The translations under genes were made by a program, and so were the position numbers. A DNA stretch of 64,000 nt from contig VBLR01000114.1 of assembly GCA_005878665.1 (NCBI GenBank), positions 3,945 to 67,944 of the forward strand, written 5' to 3'. The DNA comes from Methanobacteriota archaeon. GTDB lineage: Archaea; Thermoplasmatota; Thermoplasmata; RBG-16-68-12. The notes below the pieces were generated by a model. That model ran no database searches. It was not told the origin of the DNA and worked only from the letters and a program-made list of their open reading frames with translations. Below are positions 8,700-17,914 of this stretch, one piece after another (position 1 is the stretch's first letter; every line of letters starts with the position of its first letter).

Positions 8700-9709
8700 C
8701 GCAAGTCCCTCGCGACCTTGTCGAGGTACTCATGGAACGCGCTTCGCTTCCGGCCCTCGACCTGTGTGAGGCCGTCGAGGATCGTGCGCACGTCGAGTCC
8801 CATCCGGAGCGCCATTTTCATCACGGTCTCCTGGTGCACCGGCTTGAGCTGGCGGACCGTGACCGCCATGCGGTGCGCCTCGATGAGGGGCCACGGATAT
8901 CCGACCGACACGAGGCTCTTGCCGTACGCGGCGAGTTGTCCGAACGCCTCATCCGGCCGATCCCGAAACGTCCCCAGGTCCACCCGGAACCATTTCCGGG
9001 CGCGTGGATGCAGTCGGGCATAATAGATATCCCCGTAGAGGAGCCCCTCCTTGCTCGCTTCCGCGGCCTTCGGCGCACGCGCGTAGGCGAGCGCATCGTG
9101 CGGCAGGCGACCTTGGCAACGGGCCATCAGCTCTTCGTCCGTGAGGACGTGCCCGAACGCGTGGAGCTGGCTGTCCTTCGAAATGCCGACGAGGAGGTGG
9201 CCGCGCTTCTCGCACACTTGCACGAGTCTCTCCATCACCGAGAACTGCTTCGGGAACTCGGAGAGAGTGCCGTCCACCGCGACGACGCATCCTTCGAGGT
9301 CGTCCGCGAAGTTGATGGCCGTCTGGCCCTCGATGAGTCGGCGGTACTCGTTCACCATGTCCCGCGGCTGCTCTTCCGGTCGCTCCTTCGTGAATTCGAA
9401 GAGGGATCGATGCAACTCGTCCTGGGTCGCGACGAACTCCGCGAACGTGGACACCCCGACCATGCGTTGCACGAGCCGCCAGTCCTTCCGCCGGAAGGCC
9501 TTCCCGTCGAACGCATACCGCAGGAGGCCGACGGAGATCAGGGCGAGCCACCAACTCGACAGATTGAGGAGGAACGAGTAAGAGCCGTCGACCGCAACCA
9601 TGTCCTTCGCGCGGTTCGCGCACGGGAACGTGCGGAGGTCCGGCACATCTTCGGGGGGGAGCGGGACGTCTCGGTGATGCTTCACGAGAAGCTCGAGTTC
9701 CCGGCGCAT
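8696..9709 (-). CDS. nurA: NurA 5'-3' nuclease
   Basis: NurA domain (VAVDGSYSF...). The track ORF extends to 9922. The conserved region begins at the in-frame Met (MRRELELL...) encoded at 9709, which is more plausible. Confidence 0.8.
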   Translation of the reverse strand: MRRELELLVKHHRDVPLPPEDVPDLRTFPCANRAKDMVAVDGSYSFLLNLSSWWLALISVGLLRYAFDGKAFRRKDWRLVQRMVGVSTFAEFVATQDELHRSLFEFTKERPEEQPRDMVNEYRRLIEGQTAINFADDLEGCVVAVDGTLSEFPKQFSVMERLVQVCEKRGHLLVGISKDSQLHAFGHVLTDEELMARCQGRLPHDALAYARAPKAAEASKEGLLYGDIYYARLHPRARKWFRVDLGTFRDRPDEAFGQLAAYGKSLVSVGYPWPLIEAHRMAVTVRQLKPVHQETVMKMALRMGLDVRTILDGLTQVEGRKRSAFHEYLDKVARDLR

Positions 9710-10091
9710 GTCGTCGACGTAGCTTACGCGAGGACGATTCGGGTCCGTTGTGCCTCCTGTGTCATCCCGTCCGACCAGAGGGCAACCCTCAAGCGCCAAA
9801 GAGGGGACGGGACGGCATATAAGGATGTCGAAGACCCCTGCAACACTACGAACGGACTGTGCCGACCAGGAGCTTAGCCGCGCATTCAACCGTCGCGGTG
9901 AAGGCGGCAAGACCGCTCCCATCTCGTCGCAACAAAGGAGGGGTAGGGTGAGATCAAGGCCGGAACGAAAGGAGGTGCCTACCCCAGTCCAAGGAACCGC
10001 AGTGGATGGGTCAACGTTTCCTCCGTAGCTTACGGAGGGTCCGGGGACTCCGGACGGTCACCCGAGTCTACCTGGGCCGGGAACCGCTTGC

Positions 10092-12497
10092 TTAGGACAA
10101 GACCTCCGCTCTCGACTCCTGAGTCGGCGTCATCGTCACCCGGATCCGGCCGGGGAAACGGTCGGCGATTTCCGCGAGGTGCGTGATCAGGATCACCTTC
10201 TCGAAGACTTCGCCCATCCGAAGGAGTTTCTGGACGAAGAGTTCCCGCGAGATCTCCGTGTCGAGGGAGCCGAGATCGCCTTCGTCGATGAACAACGTCT
10301 TCATGCGGCCGAACGTGCGGCCGATCTGCGGCATCGAGGCGAGTTCCCGCGCAATTGCAAAGCGTAGGGCCGCGTTGATCTGCGTCTTCTCGCCGCCGCT
10401 GAACTCCGCGACGTCGTGCCACCGCCCGTCGACGCCTTGGACGAGGATCCGAATCCCGTGACCCCGGCCCTCCTCGTACGTCTCCAGGCGGATGCGACCA
10501 AATCGACCGTCCGTGAGTTCGGATAGGTTCTTTGAGGCCTCGATCTCCAGTTCCGGCAGAAGCTGATCGACCGCGTACATCACGACGCCGCGCTTGTGGA
10601 AGACGCGGTTCACGAGGACATCGTAGATCTCGAGTTCCCCGCGGAGCGCCTCTCGTTGTCGCTGAGACTCCTTCAGTTTCTTCGCGTCTGCCTCGAGACC
10701 GGCGATCTGTTCTGTGAGCGTCCTGGCCTGTCCCTCGAGGAGGTGCCACGCCTTCCGCTCCGCATCGAGCTCGCCCTGCAAGGTCTCGATCTTCGCCTTT
10801 GCCGCGCCGAATGCCTCTTCCGACGATCGGAGTCCCGCGAGTTCCGCTTCGAGGGACGTGCGTTCGGCCTCGAGCGACTTGCGTTGCACCGCGAAGTCCG
10901 CGAGCCGTGCGCTCACATCCCCAACCTGTCGCAAGAGGATCGTGAGTTCATCGAGCCGCTTCCGCTTCCCGGCCTTCTCCGCGACCGATTCGCCCACGAG
11001 GACCAGCCGTTTCCCGTCCAGCTCCGTGAAAGGAACGGCGTCGAGCTGTCGCAACGCCTCGATCTTCGCGTCGTCGAGAGGCTGGAGGAGCCGATGGCTC
11101 TCGTCCGCCTCCCGTCGGAGATCGTCTTTCAGTTGCTCGAGCTGCCTCTTGTACTCCGTGAGGACGAACGAGTCCGCATCGATCGAGGCGACCTTCTCGT
11201 GGACTCGGGAGAGGGCTTTCTCCGCGCGCGCCTGTTCCTCGCTCAGTTCCCGGACCAGGTCGGCACGGTCCGCGAGCCATTCCAGTTCGCGCGCGATTCG
11301 CGTCACACGCTCTTCCAGCCGCCCCTCGTCACGGAGCGAGCTGAACGCGGTCTCCCGGTCGATGTCGGTCCGGAGCGAGGCGATCTTGCGATGCAACTCG
11401 TCGATCCGATTCTTCGTCTCGTCGCGTCGCTTCTCGTGCTCGTGCTTCGCGAGGTCGAACTCCCGCCCCGCCGCGCGGGCGGCGGTCTCGCGCTGCTCGT
11501 GGGCCGCCTTCGTTTCTTTCAGGCGATCGAGTTCCTCCCGGAGGCGGTCGAGGTCTCCGATCTCGTTCTCGAGGGCGGCTCGTTCCGGTTCGAGTTTCGC
11601 GGCGATCTGGCCTTGGTCTCGGACTTCGGCCTCGCGGGCCCCCAGGGCTTTCAGGCGCAGCGACCGATCCTCGAGCGCGGCCGACGACCGCACCCACCGT
11701 TCGTGCTTCGCCTCGAGGTCCTGCATCTCCTTGGAGCCGGCCTCAAGGGCGGCCTGGAGTTGCGCGACGCGCGCCCCCCGCTGTTTGCGTTCTTCATCCA
11801 AACCTCCGAGTTGCTGTCGCAATGCCGGGAGACGACCGAGCGCTTCCTCCCGCGCGGCGATTTCGGCCTCCTTCGCCTGGATGTCCCCCTTCACGGATGT
11901 GAAGCGTTCTTTCGCCCGCTCGAGGGCCTGTTCGAAGATCTCGAGACGGAAGAGTTTCTGAAACACCGCGAGGCGTTGCGCCCCGCCCGCGGCACCCAGT
12001 TCCTTCATCTCCTCTTGACGGACGAAGGTGGAGTTTCGGAATCCGTCGTAGTCGAGGCCGACCACATCGCGGATCGTCCGCTCTTTGTCCGGGATCGTCC
12101 CCTGCACCGCTTCTCCGTCCCGCGTGACCTCGAGGTACGATTCCTTCTTGGTCGTGAAGCCGCGGGTGACTTCCCACCGCTCGTCCCCTTGGCGGAAAGC
12201 CACCCGCACATACCCGTTCGGCCGGCACACATCCGCGAGTTTCACGCTCTGGATGTCCGTCCGAGTCGTCTTGCCGTACAGGGCGAACGTGATGGCGTCC
12301 AGGATCGAGGATTTCCCGGCACCGGTCCGGCCCGTAATCACCGTGTATTTCTCGGGAAATCGGAGCGGCGGGACCGTCTTCTCGAGGTAGCGCATGAACC
12401 CGCGCATCTCGATCTCCTCGAGGACGAATCCCTCCGCACTTGGCGTGGGCTCCAGGTTCGAGACCGCGGCGACCTCGACCTCTGCCTCGTCCCTCAC
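10092..12497 (-). CDS. rad50: Rad50 SMC-like ATPase
   Basis: 801 aa with Walker A (GRTGAGKSS), long coiled coil and a zinc hook. The C-terminal signature, D-loop and Walker B follow. The GTG start at 12497 forms a GTGA overlap with the mre11 stop. Confidence 0.9.
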   Translation of the reverse strand: MRDEAEVEVAAVSNLEPTPSAEGFVLEEIEMRGFMRYLEKTVPPLRFPEKYTVITGRTGAGKSSILDAITFALYGKTTRTDIQSVKLADVCRPNGYVRVAFRQGDERWEVTRGFTTKKESYLEVTRDGEAVQGTIPDKERTIRDVVGLDYDGFRNSTFVRQEEMKELGAAGGAQRLAVFQKLFRLEIFEQALERAKERFTSVKGDIQAKEAEIAAREEALGRLPALRQQLGGLDEERKQRGARVAQLQAALEAGSKEMQDLEAKHERWVRSSAALEDRSLRLKALGAREAEVRDQGQIAAKLEPERAALENEIGDLDRLREELDRLKETKAAHEQRETAARAAGREFDLAKHEHEKRRDETKNRIDELHRKIASLRTDIDRETAFSSLRDEGRLEERVTRIARELEWLADRADLVRELSEEQARAEKALSRVHEKVASIDADSFVLTEYKRQLEQLKDDLRREADESHRLLQPLDDAKIEALRQLDAVPFTELDGKRLVLVGESVAEKAGKRKRLDELTILLRQVGDVSARLADFAVQRKSLEAERTSLEAELAGLRSSEEAFGAAKAKIETLQGELDAERKAWHLLEGQARTLTEQIAGLEADAKKLKESQRQREALRGELEIYDVLVNRVFHKRGVVMYAVDQLLPELEIEASKNLSELTDGRFGRIRLETYEEGRGHGIRILVQGVDGRWHDVAEFSGGEKTQINAALRFAIARELASMPQIGRTFGRMKTLFIDEGDLGSLDTEISRELFVQKLLRMGEVFEKVILITHLAEIADRFPGRIRVTMTPTQESRAEVLS

Positions 12498-13684
12498 GAG
12501 AGGGCCTCCTTGAGCACCCGACGGGCCTCGACCTTGATCGCCTCCCGTTTCGGGTGGTCGGCGAGGACCTTGTCGACGTAGTCGGTTAGGAGGCGACTGG
12601 GATCCAAGGTGAATTCCTCCGTCACGACGCGCGGCCGACTAGCGGAGACGAACTTGACCTCATAGTGGAACGCGTCTCGGAGGCGATCCGCGAGTCGCTT
12701 CTCGTCGAGGCGGTTCCGCAGTTCGTCCGGAAGGGTGGCCTCGATTCGAACCAGGTGGCCCGTGACCTCCGCCGGGATTGCGGCGAGGACCTTCTCCGTC
12801 ACGTCGTCGCCCATTCCGATGACGGCCTCGACCTTGTCCATCGGACGCGCCGGTAGCTCGACGAAGGACCAACCGCCGTCCGGGCGGATCGCCAAGAATC
12901 CTTTCGGATCCAGACGTTCGCCCCAATCGATCCGCTCCGGCGCGCCGGCGTACACAATCTTCCCGCCGACGGTTTGATGCATATGAATGTGTCCGAACAC
13001 GACGAGGTCGACGGCATCCGGAATCATGTCCGGCGTAAACGTGAAGTCGTTCGGGACGACCTCAGGCGGCGCGGTGCTCGCGTAGCGCACGCCCTGAAAC
13101 TCGAAATGCCCGAAGAGGATGCGAAGGTCTGCGTCCTTCAGGTCCGCCGCCCGGTTGCGGATCCACTCTTGCCAGGTGCGCCGCGCTGCCTCGTACGCCA
13201 GCTCGCGCGGGACGTCCTTCCCAAGGGTCTCCCGCACCTGTTCGACGACTTGCTCCGGGTGCATGTAGGGAATGAGGATGAAGCCGATCTTCCGGCCGTC
13301 GAATTCGCGGATTTCCATCTTCGGATTGCGGAACACCTTCACGTGCGAGTACCCGCGATAGTCGTCCAGGGACGTGGACCGAACGGCGCGCCTCGGCTGA
13401 TCATGGTTCCCCGCGAGGATCCACACCTCGATGCCCGCCGCGCCCAGAGGCTCGATGACGTCCCTCCGGACCATCTCCCGGAACACGGGGGCCACGTGGG
13501 CGCGGTCGAACAGGTCGCCGAGGATGCAGAACAGGGCGGCGCGATGCTCGATCGCCCAGCGAGCGGCCTTCGCGAAGTTCCCATGGAGGTCGAGCGCGCG
13601 TTCTGAGATGCCCGTTTCCGGATCGATCCGGAAGTCGAAGCTCAGACCTTCGTGGACATCGCCCACGCAGACGATTTCGTGCAT
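12494..13684 (-). CDS. mre11: Mre11 nuclease (calcineurin-like phosphoesterase)
   Basis: 396 aa with phosphoesterase motifs (GDVHEG; GDLFD; GNHD). It is the first gene of the mre11-rad50-(gap)-nurA-herA cluster. Confidence 0.9.
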   Translation of the reverse strand: MHEIVCVGDVHEGLSFDFRIDPETGISERALDLHGNFAKAARWAIEHRAALFCILGDLFDRAHVAPVFREMVRRDVIEPLGAAGIEVWILAGNHDQPRRAVRSTSLDDYRGYSHVKVFRNPKMEIREFDGRKIGFILIPYMHPEQVVEQVRETLGKDVPRELAYEAARRTWQEWIRNRAADLKDADLRILFGHFEFQGVRYASTAPPEVVPNDFTFTPDMIPDAVDLVVFGHIHMHQTVGGKIVYAGAPERIDWGERLDPKGFLAIRPDGGWSFVELPARPMDKVEAVIGMGDDVTEKVLAAIPAEVTGHLVRIEATLPDELRNRLDEKRLADRLRDAFHYEVKFVSASRPRVVTEEFTLDPSRLLTDYVDKVLADHPKREAIKVEARRVLKEALS

Positions 13685-13702
13685 CCGGGCGTGCGCAAGG
13701 CC

Positions 13703-13716
13703 GCCTTGCTACTTAT
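13703..13716 (-). promoter_or_regulatory. TATA-like box (minus-strand CATTATAAGT) ~25 nt upstream of the mre11 start
   Basis: The plus strand reads ACTTATAATG at 13705-13714. The spacing to ATG 13684 fits a leaderless archaeal promoter. Confidence 0.4.
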
Positions 13717-13766
13717 AATGTCTACGAGACGGTCAGCGAAAGTATCGAACCAATGCGACTCGAGCC

Positions 13767-14987
13767 CTAGGGAATTCGCCGCCGCCTCCCGCCCGGGAAC
13801 GGGGCATCGGCGCGGACGAGTTGTTTCTCCTCGAACCGCGAGGCGCGGAGCGGCACAAGCGGCTCGGGCCTCTTTTCCGTGGCCACGTACTCGGCAAGCA
13901 GGCGTCCGATCTCCGGACAGAGCTTGAATCCGTGCCCACTGAAGCCGACAGCGACGAAGAGGCCATCGGGGCCGATTCGGTCCACGATCGGATACGAATC
14001 GGGCGTCACGTCGTACGCGCCGGACCATCCCCCTCTCGGTTGCGCATCCATCATCCGAGGAAATCGCTTCGAGAGTCGGGTTCGCAAATCGCGGACCGTG
14101 GCGGCGGGGAGCGACTCGGCGAACTCGTGTCTCGGCGTCGTCTTCCCCGGGTCTGTGTTCATGTAGCCGGTCAAGGTGTCCTTCTCCCCCTCCGGCCTCG
14201 AGTACGTGTTTCCGTAGAAATCGAAGTGGATCCGCGGTGGCGCCCCGAAGTCGACGGGTCGACGCAGGATCGTGACTTCACCGCGGACGTACCGCACGGG
14301 CAACCGAACCCTGACGGTCGCGGCAAGGTCTCGCGTCCAGTTCCCCGCGGCGATGATCACACGTTCCGCGGACAAGAGTCCGGCTCCGCGGATCTTGACG
14401 CCCACGACCTGGCGGGCACGCGTCGCGATGGACGACACGGCGTGAGCGTGAAGGACCTTGGCTCCTTCCATGGTGGCCGCGTCGGCAAAGCCGTGCGCGG
14501 TGGCGATCGGGTCCGCGTATCCCGCGTCCGGATCGTGGACGAGGGCGGCGTAATCGGACACCTCCAGTTGCGGCTCCATCGTCCTCGCGTCCGACGGGGT
14601 GAGCCGTTCGGCCCGAACCCCCTCCGAGCGGAGCAACTCGATCAACGCCTCGAATGCCGGGAGATCCCGTTCCCGAGTGCCGGAGAGGAAGCCCGTCGTC
14701 CGGAAGTCGCAGGAGAATCCGGTCTCCTCCTTGAATCGCCGGAAGAACGCGAGGCTCTCCTTCGCGAGTCGGATGCCGATTCGTGCCTCGTAGTGTTGAC
14801 GGACGAGGGCACCGCTGTGGCCCGTGGCCCCGGCGGCGACGTGACTCTTCTCGAGCAAGACGACCCCGAGGCCTCGCCGCGCGAGATGCCACGCGGTGCT
14901 TGTCCCCATGCAGCCACCACCGACGACGACCACGTCGGCCGTGTCCGGGAGCCGGGCTGACCCCACGGGGTCCCGCATCGAATGCAT
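13767..14987 (-). CDS. FAD-dependent oxidoreductase (DAO family; glycine/sarcosine-oxidase-like)
   Basis: 406 aa with an N-terminal dinucleotide-binding motif (VVVVGGGCMGTSTAWHLARRG). The C-terminal pattern is DAO-family. Confidence 0.8.
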   Translation of the reverse strand: MHSMRDPVGSARLPDTADVVVVGGGCMGTSTAWHLARRGLGVVLLEKSHVAAGATGHSGALVRQHYEARIGIRLAKESLAFFRRFKEETGFSCDFRTTGFLSGTRERDLPAFEALIELLRSEGVRAERLTPSDARTMEPQLEVSDYAALVHDPDAGYADPIATAHGFADAATMEGAKVLHAHAVSSIATRARQVVGVKIRGAGLLSAERVIIAAGNWTRDLAATVRVRLPVRYVRGEVTILRRPVDFGAPPRIHFDFYGNTYSRPEGEKDTLTGYMNTDPGKTTPRHEFAESLPAATVRDLRTRLSKRFPRMMDAQPRGGWSGAYDVTPDSYPIVDRIGPDGLFVAVGFSGHGFKLCPEIGRLLAEYVATEKRPEPLVPLRASRFEEKQLVRADAPFPGGRRRRIP

Positions 14988-15021
14988 CCTTATCGTGCTT
15001 TCCTTCGCCGCATTTCTATTC

Positions 15022-15046
15022 TCATTACAGTATAGATATCAAACCG
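15022..15046. promoter_or_regulatory. AT-rich divergent promoter region (ATTACAGTATAGATATCAAA)
   Basis: It is the only AT-rich island between the divergently oriented FAD-oxidoreductase and FtsZ-like genes. TATA-like elements are present in both orientations. Confidence 0.35.
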
Positions 15047-15090
15047 CGAATGACAATCCTTTATCTCCGGGGACTTCCGATGGCGCACGC

Positions 15091-16002
15091 GTGCCGGACA
15101 CGTGGAGGCTCGGTGTCGGGGAAGAACGGGCCCGGGTCGCCATCGTGGGCTGCGGAGGGGCCGGATGCAACGTCCTGCGCCGCGTCGCCGCGCCGCCCAA
15201 CGCGACCCGCATCGCCGTGAACGACACCGTCCATCCGTCCATGGCGGAGGTCTCGACCCGCGTCCTCGTCGCCGCCGGATCGCTGCAGGCCTACGCCTCG
15301 ATGGACGAGAAGGCCGTGCCGAACATGGAGACGGATGAGGAGAAGCAGATCTCCGCTTCGCTTCTCGATCGGGACATCGTCGTGATGCTCGGCGGCCTGG
15401 GCGGTGAACTCGGCGGGTGGGGGATGAGCCTCGTCGGCCGGGTCGCTAGGATCTTGGGCGATGCGAGCGTTGCGTTCGCCACGGTGCCCTTCACAATCGA
15501 AGGTCCGATTCGGCGGCAGCTCGCAGAAGCGCAGCTCCGACTCCTCCAGAAACGCGCGGACGGCGTCGTGACGTTCAGCAACGATCGGCTCCTCCAGTTT
15601 GCCAGGGACCTCCCGCTGACGAAAGCCTTCGCGGCCTTGGGGGCGATCATGGCCCGACCCGCCGCTGAGTTGGGCGCGGTCCTCACTCGCTCGGACGTGG
15701 TGCCGCTGCGGCGGACGCTCGCCGGCGTGAGGGAATGGCGATTCGGGATGGGCGCGGGTCGGGAGAAGCACCGATGTTTCGTCGCGGTCGAAGAGGCGTA
15801 CTCGTCCCCGTGGTTCACGTCGCTCCCGGAAGAGATCAGCCACGCGATCGTGCTGATGTCCGTCCCCGAACCGGACAAAGACGAGATTGAAATTCTTCAG
15901 GAGATTCGCCGGAGGTCCCCGCATGCCGTGATTGCGTGGGCGAGCCTGCCTTCGGTCGCTACCGACGACCGTACCATCGTGCAAGTTCTCGCAGGCATTT
16001 GA
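15091..16002 (+). CDS. Divergent FtsZ/tubulin-superfamily paralog (degenerate T4 and T7 loops)
   Basis: Aligns with FtsZ along its length. The T1 loop reads RVAIVGCGGAGCN. The T4 loop reads GGLGGELGGWG instead of GGGTGTG. The C-domain is recognisable (VPFTIEG...FSNDRLLQ...AVEEAYSSPWF...VLAGI), but the T7 NxDFAD is replaced by PLRRTLAG. The start is uncertain: GTG 15091 within track ORF 14896..16002. Confidence 0.6.
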   Translation: MPDTWRLGVGEERARVAIVGCGGAGCNVLRRVAAPPNATRIAVNDTVHPSMAEVSTRVLVAAGSLQAYASMDEKAVPNMETDEEKQISASLLDRDIVVMLGGLGGELGGWGMSLVGRVARILGDASVAFATVPFTIEGPIRRQLAEAQLRLLQKRADGVVTFSNDRLLQFARDLPLTKAFAALGAIMARPAAELGAVLTRSDVVPLRRTLAGVREWRFGMGAGREKHRCFVAVEEAYSSPWFTSLPEEISHAIVLMSVPEPDKDEIEILQEIRRRSPHAVIAWASLPSVATDDRTIVQVLAGI

Positions 16003-16090
16003 CCGGAGCCGATTTTCGTACGCCGCCGAGCGCAGGCTTGAAATACGTCCTCCGCATCAGGTCCGTGCTACGGACTCGCACGGGTGGCCT

Positions 16091-16876
16091 ATGTCTTCAA
16101 TCGGCAAGGAAATCCGGCTGCGACGAATCCTGCGAGGCGGCAGGACGCTGATCGTCGCGATGGACCACGGTGTCTCGTCCGGCCCCGCCGCCGGCCTCGA
16201 AGACATCCGCAGGGCCGTGGCGAATGTCGCGAAAGGCGGGGCCACCGCGGTCGTGCTTCACAAAGGGGTTGTGCGATTCGCGAAGGACTACTTCGACGAA
16301 GGGTTGTGCCTCGTCCTGCACCTGAGCGCGTCGGCGGCAATCAGCACGCACGTCGATCGAAAAGTCCTCGTCACACAGGTCGACGAAGCGATCTCATACG
16401 GCGCCGACGCGATCAGCGTCCATGTGAACCTCGGTGGTGAGGACGACGACCGAATGATCGAAGACCTCGGGACGACCGCGACGGCGTGCGATCGATTCGG
16501 CTTCCCACTCCTCGCAATGATGTATCCCCGGGGCCCGAAGATCAAGAATCCGTACGATGTCGACGTCGTGAAGCATGTGGCGCGCGTCGGCGCGGAGCTG
16601 GGCGCGGATATCGTGAAGACGCTCTACACCGGCGCGCCGGAGACGTTCAAGGAGGTCGTCCGGGGCTGTCCCGTTCCCGTCGTCGTCGCAGGCGGTCCGA
16701 AGCTGGACTCGGATCGCGCGGCCTTCGAGATGGTCGAAGGAGCCCTCTCCGGCGGGGCGGTCGGCGTCTCGATGGGCCGAAACATCTTCCAGGCCAAGGA
16801 CCCGATTGGCATGACGCGGGCGATCGCCCGCATGATTTTCGACGGCGCTTCGGTCGACGAAGTCTATCGTGGGTGA
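16091..16876 (+). CDS. aroA': DhnA-type class I aldolase family; probable 2-amino-3,7-dideoxy-D-threo-hept-6-ulosonate (ADH) synthase AroA'
   Basis: 261 aa from ATG 16091. DhnA-family motifs (TLIVAMDHG ... GADAISVHVNLG ... KTLYTG). It lies immediately upstream of DHQ synthase II in the shikimate operon. Confidence 0.75.
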   Translation: MSSIGKEIRLRRILRGGRTLIVAMDHGVSSGPAAGLEDIRRAVANVAKGGATAVVLHKGVVRFAKDYFDEGLCLVLHLSASAAISTHVDRKVLVTQVDEAISYGADAISVHVNLGGEDDDRMIEDLGTTATACDRFGFPLLAMMYPRGPKIKNPYDVDVVKHVARVGAELGADIVKTLYTGAPETFKEVVRGCPVPVVVAGGPKLDSDRAAFEMVEGALSGGAVGVSMGRNIFQAKDPIGMTRAIARMIFDGASVDEVYRG

Positions 16877-17913
16877 GGCCCCTGGACCGCCTGGTGTGGG
16901 TGGGGGCCTTTCCCCACGAGGACAACGAGGACGTTCGGTCCATCGTCTCGGTTGCGCTCGAGGCCGGCTTCGACGAAATCGTCCTCGCGAAACAGGACGA
17001 GTCGCTTCGGGCACTCGGGCGGTTCTCTCCGATCTTCCTGAAGGACAACATCTTCCTCTTCGACGACGCGGAAATCGGCCGGCTCGCGACGATTCGGTCG
17101 GCGAAGGACGAGATCTCTGTCCGCGGGCTGAAGGGCGTGACGAATCACGTCGTCGTCCGGACGGAGGATTGGAAAATCATCCCCCTCGAGAACCTCATTG
17201 CGCACTTCCAGGGGAGCGAGACGCGGCTCCTCGTCGAGGTCCGTGACGCCGCCGAGGCGAAGCTGGTCTTCGAGGCGATGGAGGTCGGGGTCCACGGCAT
17301 CCTCCTCGTCCCCTCTTCTCCCAACGAGATCCGGGCGGTCCGCGGACTCCTCGAAGCCGTGCGGGAAGACGTGTCCCTCGTGCGAGCGGCCGTCACGTCG
17401 ATTCGACCGATCGGGCTCGGCGACCGCGTGTGCGTCGACACGTGTTCTCTCTTGCGGGACGGAGAGGGGATGCTCGTCGGGAACAGCTCTTCGGGCCTGT
17501 TCCTCGTCCACGCCGAGACGGCCGAGACGGGCTACGTGGCCGCCCGACCGTTCCGGGTGAACGCGGGGGCCGTCCACGCATACATCTACCTCCCGGGCGG
17601 CAAGACGCAGTACCTGAGCGAACTCCGTGCCGGGGACGAGGTCCTCGCGGTGGACTCCCAGGGCCGGGCACGCGCCGTGATTGTGGGCCGCGTCAAGGTT
17701 GAACGACGGCCGCTCCTGCTCCTCGAGGCGGAGGCGGACGGCCGGCGCCATACCACGATCGTCCAGAACGCGGAGACGATTCGGTTTGTGACGCCGGAGG
17801 GAGGCTCGCTTGCCGTCGGCCAGGTGAAACCCGGGGACGAAGTGCTCCTGCGGCTCGAGGAAGGCGGCCGCCACTTCGGGATGCGGATACGCGAGACGAT
17901 TGCGGAGCGATAA
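16873..17913 (+). CDS. aroB': 3-dehydroquinate synthase type II (archaeal AroB')
   Basis: The conserved DHQS-II sequence (VWVGAFP...FDEIVL...) begins at a GTG overlapping the aroA' stop (GTGA). The upstream part of the track ORF is antisense junk. Confidence 0.8.
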   Translation: MRPLDRLVWVGAFPHEDNEDVRSIVSVALEAGFDEIVLAKQDESLRALGRFSPIFLKDNIFLFDDAEIGRLATIRSAKDEISVRGLKGVTNHVVVRTEDWKIIPLENLIAHFQGSETRLLVEVRDAAEAKLVFEAMEVGVHGILLVPSSPNEIRAVRGLLEAVREDVSLVRAAVTSIRPIGLGDRVCVDTCSLLRDGEGMLVGNSSSGLFLVHAETAETGYVAARPFRVNAGAVHAYIYLPGGKTQYLSELRAGDEVLAVDSQGRARAVIVGRVKVERRPLLLLEAEADGRRHTTIVQNAETIRFVTPEGGSLAVGQVKPGDEVLLRLEEGGRHFGMRIRETIAER

Positions 17914-17914
17914 G

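Noticed and set aside
9750-10028. 92-aa plus-strand ORF in the rad50-nurA spacer
   Set aside because: Arg/Gly/Pro-rich with no start context. The region is better explained as structured non-coding sequence (see finding).
9770-10091. SRP RNA or RNase P RNA identity for the structured spacer
   Set aside because: The segment GGAGGGUCCGGGGACUCC superficially resembles the RNase P P4 strand (GGAAAGUCCGGGCUCC). No other conserved RNase P or SRP motifs were found, and the length (~240 nt) does not fit.
10596-12581. 661-aa and 415-aa plus-strand ORFs
   Set aside because: Antisense to rad50. Repetitive Arg/Leu/Ser-rich sequence mirroring the coiled-coil codons.
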